From the IMG/VR virus record IMGVR_UViG_3300037991_004913, positions 1-37,374 of that record: a stretch of 37,374 bases of DNA. One strand, written 5' to 3'. Position 1 is the first letter of the stretch. Each line of letters opens with the position of its first letter. Source of the DNA: a virus. Taxonomy: Duplodnaviria; Caudoviricetes. Of this stretch, positions 18,501 to 27,024 are shown one piece after another. The notes beneath the pieces are model-generated. The model saw only the letters and a program-made list of their open reading frames with translations. It had not been told where the DNA came from and searched no databases. The translations under genes were made by a program, and so were the position numbers.

Positions 18501-20290
18501 TCTTCTGTATAAGGGACCCAATCACCAATTTCAGCAAAACCACCAGTTGTTTGTACAAAGTTACCTTTTACAAATCTATCCTGGTCTCCTAATGTTACTT
18601 TTAGCAAACTATTACTTACATCATTTCCACCAACAAAATTTGCAGACGGTGCTGCCAAACTAGTCTGTGGGTAAGTTTCTATGTCGTCAAAAACTTCAGG
18701 ATATGAAGTATCAATTTTAAAATTCAACAAATTAAACCGGCTTCCACTGAACCTAGACTTAATGTATACTCTATTGTCATTAACAGTTGCTTCAAAGAAT
18801 CTAGTATTTTCACTAATTCCTTTATTTATAGCAGAAGCAATAGACTGTGCTATTTCTTGAACTGTTCCATTAGGATTAAAGAACTTCTCAAATGATTTGC
18901 CAGGCGTAGGAGCTAATGTTTCATTAGCAAATATCTGACCAGTAAAATCAGTTCCATCAAAAAATGATATATTACTACCGTCTTGTATAGTCTCTTTAAT
19001 GTCTATATACATTTGTGCATAGCCCTCATGACTTATAATCTCGGCATTAGCAAAAGTATCAGGTTCTTTATATCCTGTCAATAAAGATATATCCATTTTC
19101 TTATCAAATAGTCTTATTTGATCTGCTCCCCAATTCGAACCTTTCTTTATCGTATGAAAATCATCTTCTTTATCTTTTACATAAAATATAGATTCTACTT
19201 CATTTACACGACTAGGTGTAGGTAAACCTGTTATTGTACTAGTCTTTGTAGGATCTAAGAATAATAGTATCCCATCTTGGTTAGTTATTTCAAAAGGAGT
19301 GTTAAGGAACTGAGAAACTTGTGTAATAGTGGTTATTTCTGGTAGTTGACTTTTTTCGGTGTTCTTATAAAACCCTTCTCCTGATAAATCAAACAAACCT
19401 TCTTCAATCTCATTAACATACATACCAAAATATCTATTGATAGAATAGTCAGGTGCATTAGGATCATCAAACAAGAATTCAAGATTTAGCAAGTTAGCCA
19501 AAAGTATACCGTTGTTTTGAAACCCTTGTGTAAAGAAAAACTCATCTTGTAGTATAGTACCATCCTTTCCTACCAGGTCTTGGTAAGCAAAACTTCCACT
19601 ACTAGTAAAGCCACCATTTTTATAAGAGATACCATTCCATAATATAGGTTGGTCTTTTCTCCAACTAATATTCAAAGGAACTGTTGGGAAAGTTTCTTGA
19701 TTTCTATAATTTCTAATATAAGCACCTAAAGGAGTACCTTCAGTCAAATCAAAAGTTTTGATAGCTGTACAATTTTCTAAAACATTTTTATTAAAATCTA
19801 CAGAAGTTTGAGCTGATGAAGCTCCAGTATTTTCTGAACGAGCCGCCACATTATTAACGGCAGCTGGATTATCCATTCTAAATATTACAAAATAATTAGG
19901 AATCTGTTCATTGAGCCATAAGGGAGCCAAGGTTCCTAAACTCTGTGGGTAAGACTCGGATGCAACAGAACGAGTACCAGCAGAATAAAACATTTCATAC
20001 TGATTTCCAAATTCAGATAATACGGCAGTATCCTCAAACTCTTGAAATACTTCATATGCTTGATCTATAGGAAATTTCCCACTGTTAAAGAATCTAAATA
20101 CATCTCTATCGTAAGTATTAGTTCCATCAACCTTGAATGCTTTATATCTTTGGCCGGACAATGCAGTGTTAGCACTAAAAGACTCCAAGTAAATATCTGT
20201 ACCATCAGATACAACTTTAACATTAGCAGTTAATTTAGGATTAGTTCTAACTACACTATAAGATGCTTTGTCAAGCAGTTTTTCAGCCAT
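15584..20290 (-). CDS. Large virion structural protein (baseplate/tail region)
   Basis: 1568-aa ORF in the tail cluster; no catalytic motif recognised. Confidence 0.6.
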   Translation of the reverse strand: MAEKLLDKASYSVVRTNPKLTANVKVVSDGTDIYLESFSANTALSGQRYKAFKVDGTNTYDRDVFRFFNSGKFPIDQAYEVFQEFEDTAVLSEFGNQYEMFYSAGTRSVASESYPQSLGTLAPLWLNEQIPNYFVIFRMDNPAAVNNVAARSENTGASSAQTSVDFNKNVLENCTAIKTFDLTEGTPLGAYIRNYRNQETFPTVPLNISWRKDQPILWNGISYKNGGFTSSGSFAYQDLVGKDGTILQDEFFFTQGFQNNGILLANLLNLEFLFDDPNAPDYSINRYFGMYVNEIEEGLFDLSGEGFYKNTEKSQLPEITTITQVSQFLNTPFEITNQDGILLFLDPTKTSTITGLPTPSRVNEVESIFYVKDKEDDFHTIKKGSNWGADQIRLFDKKMDISLLTGYKEPDTFANAEIISHEGYAQMYIDIKETIQDGSNISFFDGTDFTGQIFANETLAPTPGKSFEKFFNPNGTVQEIAQSIASAINKGISENTRFFEATVNDNRVYIKSRFSGSRFNLLNFKIDTSYPEVFDDIETYPQTSLAAPSANFVGGNDVSNSLLKVTLGDQDRFVKGNFVQTTGGFAEIGDWVPYTEEPIFNAANDIVGYTDIDKYVVITCNDDQILVTRSNQVALYSDYRPSFGRFSFFDIRDFDSDFYSTLYSEEGELAFEHAQYNQTVPGSANPVVYTGISSNPDIREFYDNGGFFNLIGLLKDSNPENENQEYIKSEYSRLEENFLTSQATASRIIPYINKWSWYNDGKDVRNHPYRLDLSEAFGLNNFAPSKWDRGQVSSGYTHEWYYLSEFPKYFGKSAIESSWSYIDEAPSDTIVTTDPSTGAQTITPGTFQRVDKNYFDDYFIVQKFNTGGITEIDRQLRYGRFLGGNENNFAESFLRGVRIIAKPKAKGDEKPDFDARSLSYVQNGAFNDYRFSAILVPNLPDKPETQVKFIKNDKWKTVVMLISLAYNEPCINGPGAQSIIDRTSLYSLNSKYQVNADCSPVYPISYLNGTMQGAIDFSSSGYDAALNQFVIRGIPDSAGNPSRFFNDITVGINGEFSDIEFTVGAAVFRITGITQINSDSELLCTQVTRNGLNWPIPNFSPNLTQAANATYITLGGGYNAYLNRLNSIGFAEIFDAVNQGNPNVVYETINADGSRVLNPDGSLAQTFGIELRAQADILKSIYIGVLPDPAKPTAFNLTDVIGFDLSLQTKPRITPIARHAGYYQPTALSILSFRDPYNNIDFNSISTGSTGSTGSGVIPDEAYKLKVRDLCKWCNTQFNSSDVNFGQLQNFFYHKVNEQDPSTVLELSTDSAFLSLYPLINEVGIDFKDFYTFSSNWEPSYFIKSIDKTLIEDVIGTRSMKEKKSFFGSKYLKVPEEIVLETFVGDPLVKAAIRQPDLIDGTFMHQDIASVKVNKKLIKGNAVKPVRVTKKKPSPPVINFYLLIQKRLKDFLFTPIKEEFLKYVNPLYGFGDLETLDDDVNRYIEENILKLYKVGRVDFYTLASRTNTPSDFSTAQLTNQQKIEAGLTINDNVSSKTLNTNPFDLKLIYNKRTGFSESFGFSVTIVKK

Positions 20291-20328
20291 TTATCTTTCA
20301 CTTTTTTTATTTATTCACCAAAGATAAA
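20290..20328 (-). promoter_or_regulatory. Hairpin TTTATCTTT/AAAGATAAA overlapping the start codon, with GAATAAATAA in the loop
   Basis: Arms at 20290-20298 and 20320-20328; motif at 20307-20316. Confidence 0.55.
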
Positions 20329-20353
20329 GTTATAATAACTTTGGACTGGTAGG

Positions 20354-23300
20354 TTACTCAGTTCCAAAATTAAAGGCCTGTTCGTTCTGGGATAAGACAT
20401 TACTTCCTCTGTTCACAGCAGTTTGTCCTAAGGAAGGTCTTAATCCAGCAACTACTTTCTCTAAATCATTTAGTCCTTTTGTTACTGTGGCTTTAGGGAA
20501 TACATCAATACTTAATCTATCAGAACGATATTTAGCAAATACTTCAATATCAAATTGTACCACATCCGAGTTATTAGGATATATGTCAAACCCTATTCTT
20601 TTAGCATATGTAAGATTAACAGTACCTCCCGATGAATCACCTGCAACATTTCCTAGACCACTACCAGTAGTTACTCCAAAATAATCAGTCATTCTATATT
20701 GAAATACTAATGGAATGTTCACTGAATTCTGTTGGCCAAATTGAACGAGCTTTTTAGATTGTATAGAATCACCATCTACTTGAACATTTTCATGAGCATC
20801 AGCAGAAATGAATAAATAAGAACCACATGACTTCTTACCTAAAGTATATTGATCAAAACCATCAAATGAATTTTTTGCATTTCTACTAAAGTTTACAAAA
20901 TCTGGATCTGTACTTAACCAAAGAGGATTAAGAGCAGCTGATGTCATAGAAGGACTAGGCCCGAATACCTGCCCAGTATCAAAAGCCGGAGTAAGCGTAG
21001 TAGCTAAAGTTGTAAGGTCTGCTAAATTTTCATTTAAATATATTGCCTGTTCTTTACCTTTATTATCGTCTATCTTAAGCGGTGCAAATTTTGATTGTCT
21101 AAATAACACAGCAGCAGTTCCGTTTCCTGACACGGTTGTACAATCTATACCAGTACCACCTGGTGTTGCAGGTAAAGTAGCAGTGTCTCCTGTTAAGGAT
21201 TCATATGCAGCTTTATATGCAGTATATGTTTGTACATGAGGGTGTGCAATTGATATGTCTAGGACATTATCATTAGTAGGATAAGATGGAGCAGTTGTTG
21301 GTGCACCAGTAGAGGTAAATCCACCACCCCACATAAACTCTGTTGTCGGCACCGCGTTATTATTATATGTAGTATCATTGAAATTCTCAATCTCATCAAG
21401 ATTGATCGTGTAATTACCATCAGGATTGATATAATTATAGAAATTACCTTCGCTTGCTACATCACTAAATCTACTATAAATAAACTGATTCTTATTCTGT
21501 GTAGATTGGAATGGAGGAATCGAAACAGTCTGCCCATATCGAGTAGTAGCCGTGACTGTTGGATTAGTTAAAAGAAGCGGAGTAAGATCATACTTTCTAA
21601 TAGTATTATAATCCTGGTCATCAGCTCTATATGTTGCTCTGTTATTACTTTGGTTAGCTGCACTATTATCAAGCCATGAATAAGTAGCAGGTAAAATTGT
21701 TGAACCGTTGTTTATGTCGGCAATAGTAAACCCTGGGTTCTCCGACTGTTTAACCATCCTAGATCTATTTCCTGTAATTCTAGCCAATAATTGAAGAACC
21801 GTTTGTTCGCGGTTACCAATATTGATAAAATAAGTCTTTGAAATAATAGCACCTCTTGGATCATCAAGACCATTAACTTCCTGAGAATAGAAACCAGCAA
21901 ATACTTTAGTTACAGAATTTCTTCTAAGTCTAATAGTATTACCTTGGTCATCTACTAATGTAGTTACTAACTCTCCTTGTGCATTATTTAATATCTCAGC
22001 AAACAAGTCCAATTGGTTTTGCATTTCAGTTAGCTTTGTAAATAAATCAATTGGTGTTTGGTTTTCTGATAAGAACCCAGAAGCTATGACTGGTGTTGAG
22101 TGTGCAAAATAAGTCTCATTTGCAGTAAATGAACTACTTAAGTGAGTATTTAATCCTTTAGCCTCTAAGTCTTCTTCTAAAGAAACTTTTGCAAGATCTT
22201 CTTGATTCTGGGCTAATATAGCTTCAATAGCATTATCCGAGCTTAAGTCAGCTGGAAATTCTACTCTAATCGTATTACTGTAAGGGCTCTCTAATGGGTT
22301 AGATGGCCATCCTGCCTCAGAAATAGATTTAACTTGTATTTCTACCTGCTCTCCTTTTCTAATAGGAATGTCTAATTGGTTAATATTTATAGAATCGGCA
22401 TTATCATCATCAATAGGAGCCCATTCAAATAACCCAGTTAAGGTATTTTTTACTCTAGGTCTTAATACACTCTCTACTTGAACATAATTAGAAAAAGCAC
22501 CTTGGCTCGTTCCACTACCATCCGTATAGGAAAATTGGTCTACTGGGTTAGCAGCACCATCGGAAGAAAGATATCTATATCTGTAAACAAACTTTACAAT
22601 ATCTTGAACTCCAGTTGAAGGAGCTGATTTTTCTTCTGGCATAGCCCAAAATCCTCTAACTCTATATTTAGGAGTTACACTACTTACTGAATTATCTTGT
22701 GCCGAAGAATCTATTTCAGTTACAACCGATGCATAAAGTTTAGCCTGAGATGCTCTTTCAGTGATAAGCCCCTGGAGAGCATTTTTATCTGCATCCCTTT
22801 CAACCTCAGTAGAATAATTAGTTGTTTGTATCTTAGTTCTACTCTGTGCTATCGCAGTATCCAATTCTGTAAGAGTAGCTTGGATTGTGTTCTTTTGATT
22901 ATTTAAATCTTGTAATTGTACAATGGCATCTGAGTTACTAACTTGACCGTTTATCAAAGTAACTGAAAAATCATCCGAATCTAAAACAGGAGCGTTAGGA
23001 ATTATCCCTTCTCTACTTGTAGGAATTTTATCTTGTGCAAATGATAGAAGATATCTTCCAAAATCAATCGCGCTCTGTTGATAATAATCGGCAAGAGTCT
23101 GTTGGTTTCCGGCAGCATCAATCGTATTTAAATCATTAGTAAAGAAACCGCTACCTGGAGAATAATTAATCGCAGGTATTTTTGAATCAGGATCTATAGG
23201 TTTTAAAAATGTTACGCACCTTTCACCAAAACCTACAGTAACATCTACTTCTAAAATATCATTAACAGAAGATCCTATCTTAAGAACATCTGCACCAATA

Positions 23301-24199
23301 CTCACAGTCCTACTTCCTTCTTGTAATCTTAAAATAACTGAATTAGTGCTCGTATCTATTTGTGTTACGGTGTATCTTGTATCAATAGGATCTGATACTA
23401 CCTCTAAACTATCTCCAACTTTAAGCTGAACAGTATCATCAAAATCTGCTTCGGAATCAGTATAAAAAATCTTATTAAGCTTGTATAACTTTTGAATAGT
23501 TGTTTGTGCTACACCATTGACAGTCTCGGTAACACTTTCTTCTCCAATTCTTATTACACTAAAGTTTCCAGAATATCTTAAATCTCTAGGAGGTAGATCA
23601 ACTACTGCTTCGTCTAAAACATAAGAGATGTTCTTTTCAACAATTTCTTGTAAGAATGTATCATAGTCAATATTGGCTATGCCATTATAATTACTATCGA
23701 AGAAATTTATTTTACTCTGTGTGTTTGTATCTAAAATAAACCTCTTAACAATACACCTCTCTGTATCAATTGGTGCTTGCCCAGTAATATCAAAAGAAAC
23801 ATATAACAGAGGATTGATCAATTCTTCAAAGAACCAATTAGGCTTAACACTAAATTCATTCACAGAATTCATAGCAGTAATATCAGCAGCCTCAGTAGGT
23901 AATTTTGCTAACACTAATTTTCTAAAGGTTCCGTCAGGAAGACGAATAGAACTATCAGAGCCTGAAACATTCGTGATAGTATCAATATTAGATTGTAACC
24001 TATCTACCGAATTCTTAAGAAAACCAAAACTAGGAATAGTAACACGAGCATTAGTACCATCCTGGTTCTGTATGTTAACCGTTACTGAATCTCGGCTTGA
24101 TGTAATAGCCTGATTGACTTTTTCAAAGCTCTCTAACGAATTGTTAAAAAGTCTTAACAATTCAGGTAACATTGTTTGTATTGAGTTATTCTCGGCCAT
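20354..24199 (-). CDS. Large virion structural protein with coiled coil and FN3-like segment
   Basis: 1281 aa; heptad region (LQDLNNQKNTIQATLTEL); VEIQVKSISEAGWPSNPLESPYS resembles an FN3 end. Confidence 0.6.
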   Translation of the reverse strand: MAENNSIQTMLPELLRLFNNSLESFEKVNQAITSSRDSVTVNIQNQDGTNARVTIPSFGFLKNSVDRLQSNIDTITNVSGSDSSIRLPDGTFRKLVLAKLPTEAADITAMNSVNEFSVKPNWFFEELINPLLYVSFDITGQAPIDTERCIVKRFILDTNTQSKINFFDSNYNGIANIDYDTFLQEIVEKNISYVLDEAVVDLPPRDLRYSGNFSVIRIGEESVTETVNGVAQTTIQKLYKLNKIFYTDSEADFDDTVQLKVGDSLEVVSDPIDTRYTVTQIDTSTNSVILRLQEGSRTVSIGADVLKIGSSVNDILEVDVTVGFGERCVTFLKPIDPDSKIPAINYSPGSGFFTNDLNTIDAAGNQQTLADYYQQSAIDFGRYLLSFAQDKIPTSREGIIPNAPVLDSDDFSVTLINGQVSNSDAIVQLQDLNNQKNTIQATLTELDTAIAQSRTKIQTTNYSTEVERDADKNALQGLITERASQAKLYASVVTEIDSSAQDNSVSSVTPKYRVRGFWAMPEEKSAPSTGVQDIVKFVYRYRYLSSDGAANPVDQFSYTDGSGTSQGAFSNYVQVESVLRPRVKNTLTGLFEWAPIDDDNADSININQLDIPIRKGEQVEIQVKSISEAGWPSNPLESPYSNTIRVEFPADLSSDNAIEAILAQNQEDLAKVSLEEDLEAKGLNTHLSSSFTANETYFAHSTPVIASGFLSENQTPIDLFTKLTEMQNQLDLFAEILNNAQGELVTTLVDDQGNTIRLRRNSVTKVFAGFYSQEVNGLDDPRGAIISKTYFINIGNREQTVLQLLARITGNRSRMVKQSENPGFTIADINNGSTILPATYSWLDNSAANQSNNRATYRADDQDYNTIRKYDLTPLLLTNPTVTATTRYGQTVSIPPFQSTQNKNQFIYSRFSDVASEGNFYNYINPDGNYTINLDEIENFNDTTYNNNAVPTTEFMWGGGFTSTGAPTTAPSYPTNDNVLDISIAHPHVQTYTAYKAAYESLTGDTATLPATPGGTGIDCTTVSGNGTAAVLFRQSKFAPLKIDDNKGKEQAIYLNENLADLTTLATTLTPAFDTGQVFGPSPSMTSAALNPLWLSTDPDFVNFSRNAKNSFDGFDQYTLGKKSCGSYLFISADAHENVQVDGDSIQSKKLVQFGQQNSVNIPLVFQYRMTDYFGVTTGSGLGNVAGDSSGGTVNLTYAKRIGFDIYPNNSDVVQFDIEVFAKYRSDRLSIDVFPKATVTKGLNDLEKVVAGLRPSLGQTAVNRGSNVLSQNEQAFNFGTE

Positions 24200-24220
24200 T
24201 CTCTAGTTTACTTTTATTAT

Positions 24221-26341
24221 TTATTTTATTATATCATATACGAAATTTAACACCCCTTGCTCAGTACATATCAAATCTATAATAGGTAATGTACTTAAGT
24301 CACTGTTTGGAATGGTAGCAGCTAACTTTCCAAATGCACCGTTATTTAATCTGCTTGGTGCATCAGTATAAATCTTAATGTTTCTGGAACCTAATAGAGG
24401 AACATTATTAAATGTTAATCTTAATGTTTGGCCAGTACTCCACTGAATGTCTGTATCATCAATGTAAATTTGTAAATCACCACCTGCAGTATTTATAGTA
24501 TCTAATCTTAACATATTTGTATAAGTAACTAAATCAGCAAATACTTGTGGAGCAGTTACATTTAAATTAAGAGGTGCAGTAGAAGTAATCTGAGCATCAG
24601 AATTATCTAAAGGAACCATTAAATTATATGCTTGAACATTATTTGATATCTGGATCTGATTAGGAGTGTTAGTATTTATACTTATACCTGTACCTTGTCT
24701 AACTACATCTGTATTATATTGTAAAGTAGAAGATACTTCTCCATTTGCTAAAGCTTGAATTTCATCTGCATTTTTAGCAATCAAATCTAATAAACTTGTA
24801 CTACTTGCAAAAGCCAAGGAAGCATTATCAATTTGTGTTTGTAAATTGTTTATTTGTTGTTGTAAGAATGCTGATGTAGATACAGAATTTAAAGTATTTT
24901 CTACGGCGGTTAATTTCTTTTCTATTTCAGATATCTCTAGTTGTTGTCTTTGGAATATCTGTGCCGATTCTTGAAGCTGTGCTGATGCGTCAGAAAATAG
25001 ACCCATTGAGAATGTATTATAATCATTCACAATTGTATCAATACCAGCGGTACCTGGGGAAGCATCAAATCTCAAGTTTATTTTGAACCCATAACTGTTA
25101 CCATTCTGCCCTGTAGTTTTATTAGGTTTAAACTTAGGAAATCTCTGTATGAATCCACCATCTGTAGTCGGTGTTATATTGTCAAGTAAAAGTAAACCAT
25201 AAAGATTAGTAGTCGTGTTAGCCGAATTGCTTAAATCAACCATATCATAGTAAACCAAGACAGCATTAAATTCAAAAGACTCTGCTAAGTCAGTTCCATT
25301 AAATTGTGGAATAGTACTAATAGTTTGATCTGATACTATTTGTTCATAGTCATTAGGATTAAAGTCTATAGAAATACCATCAAGCTGAGATCTTACGTAT
25401 GCCGATCCACTATAACCTGTAGGATTATTGTAATCCGCAGGATATTTTCTTATATTTACATTTAGAGGACTTTCAAATGTTGTAGGTTCAGTAAAATAGG
25501 CATCAGTAGTTGAAACTGTAGTACCAGGACCTAACCCCATCCAATCCGCATTAGGGTCAGTATAACCAGCTGGACCTAAGCCTTGTAATTGTTGATCATA
25601 ATCATAGAAGGCTACAATATCTAACCCTTGTGGGTGGACTGTAGCTGCATTTCTACCCATGATAAATTCACTTGTTCCCTGTATTTTTAAAGAAGGTTGA
25701 TAATTATTATCAGATACAGAATCAAAGAGGATTGTAGGTGTTCTACCCACTTCTGTAGGTACATTAATATATAATTCTGTATATGCTTCACCGGCCTTAT
25801 CTACATTATTAACAATATCAATCTCACCAATATACTTAACTACTCTTCTGTATTGTCGAGTTCCTGTGAGTGCTTCATCTTCTTCACAAAATCTCTTATC
25901 AGTAACTGAGGCTGCTTTTTCTAAAGCGGTTGCTTCTCTAAATCTAATGGCACCAGTTTCTTTTAGCCATTTAAAGAAAACTCTTTCTGTTACTGTTAAG
26001 TTTGTAGAGTTATCATAGCTTGCATCACTTATAATAAGTTCTTCTAAATTTAGCGCATAATTCTGAAGACCTTCTGTAAAGTTAACATTAGGATCACCCT
26101 TTAACCCACCGTTCCAAATAGCACCATCAATTGTATCAAACTGCATATAGTTTTGAAAGTTACTAAATGTGTTTGGATCCAATCTATCAAAATCTGGTAA
26201 ATTAAGAAGCACAAACTTAGAAAAGACTAGTTTAAGATCATCATTATTAAGAGTCCTAGACAAGTCCTTTGCTGAAGACGAGAACGTGTAAAATGTTCCA
26301 CCGTCTGCTTGAGGTGTTCTAATTAAGGGCGTTGTTGCCAT
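24221..26341 (-). CDS. Virion structural protein (baseplate/tail) with central coiled coil
   Basis: 706 aa; FEFNAVLVYYD...NLYGLLLLD...GNSYGFKINLRFD followed by a coiled coil. Confidence 0.6.
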   Translation of the reverse strand: MATTPLIRTPQADGGTFYTFSSSAKDLSRTLNNDDLKLVFSKFVLLNLPDFDRLDPNTFSNFQNYMQFDTIDGAIWNGGLKGDPNVNFTEGLQNYALNLEELIISDASYDNSTNLTVTERVFFKWLKETGAIRFREATALEKAASVTDKRFCEEDEALTGTRQYRRVVKYIGEIDIVNNVDKAGEAYTELYINVPTEVGRTPTILFDSVSDNNYQPSLKIQGTSEFIMGRNAATVHPQGLDIVAFYDYDQQLQGLGPAGYTDPNADWMGLGPGTTVSTTDAYFTEPTTFESPLNVNIRKYPADYNNPTGYSGSAYVRSQLDGISIDFNPNDYEQIVSDQTISTIPQFNGTDLAESFEFNAVLVYYDMVDLSNSANTTTNLYGLLLLDNITPTTDGGFIQRFPKFKPNKTTGQNGNSYGFKINLRFDASPGTAGIDTIVNDYNTFSMGLFSDASAQLQESAQIFQRQQLEISEIEKKLTAVENTLNSVSTSAFLQQQINNLQTQIDNASLAFASSTSLLDLIAKNADEIQALANGEVSSTLQYNTDVVRQGTGISINTNTPNQIQISNNVQAYNLMVPLDNSDAQITSTAPLNLNVTAPQVFADLVTYTNMLRLDTINTAGGDLQIYIDDTDIQWSTGQTLRLTFNNVPLLGSRNIKIYTDAPSRLNNGAFGKLAATIPNSDLSTLPIIDLICTEQGVLNFVYDIIK

Positions 26342-26358
26342 GTTTTAAATCTTTATTA

Positions 26359-27006
26359 TTATGATACGGTAAAACCAGTTCCACCAACAACATACCAAAC
26401 GCCGACGCCTGATCCGTTGTCAATACATAATAGGTGAACAGTCTGACCTAGTCCAGTTAAGTCCAGGTTAGTACCTGCACCAGTTAATACTAAGTTATTT
26501 GCTACACCATTAATTCTTACCGTTCCTGTTTGTGATTCTGTATAAGTAAAGAATATTTCTTGACCTATACTTCCACTATATAATGATATAACTAAGTTAT
26601 TAGAAGTATCAGAATTACCTACCCTATTAATTGAATAAGGTGGAATAGCTGTACTCGTTCCAATATCTAAAGTCATACCTGAACCTGCTAAAGTATCATT
26701 CTGTGTAGTAGGATTAGTATCATTTCTGAATAATCCACCACCAGTCAAATTTAAATTACCAGTCATCTTAACATTAGTAAGAATATCAAATGTACTTGCA
26801 TTAATATCTAATAATATGGTACTTAAACCTACCCTTAATGCTTCGGTAGATACATTGTTTAAATTAGTAATTGTACCGGCTGATGGTGCAAAATACACCT
26901 CCATAGAATTGATCTCGCTAGCAAGAACATTGAAGTTATCATTAATAACCAACCTTGATCCTGATAATGAATCCGTTCCTAGAATTTCTGTTACGCTAAT
27001 TGCCAT
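26359..27006 (-). CDS. Short fibre-like virion protein
   Basis: N-terminus homologous to that of the 1005-aa fibre; C-terminal L...GQTVHLLC...WYVVG beta domain. Confidence 0.65.
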   Translation of the reverse strand: MAISVTEILGTDSLSGSRLVINDNFNVLASEINSMEVYFAPSAGTITNLNNVSTEALRVGLSTILLDINASTFDILTNVKMTGNLNLTGGGLFRNDTNPTTQNDTLAGSGMTLDIGTSTAIPPYSINRVGNSDTSNNLVISLYSGSIGQEIFFTYTESQTGTVRINGVANNLVLTGAGTNLDLTGLGQTVHLLCIDNGSGVGVWYVVGGTGFTVS

Positions 27007-27024
27007 TTTCTTTGTTATTTTAAT

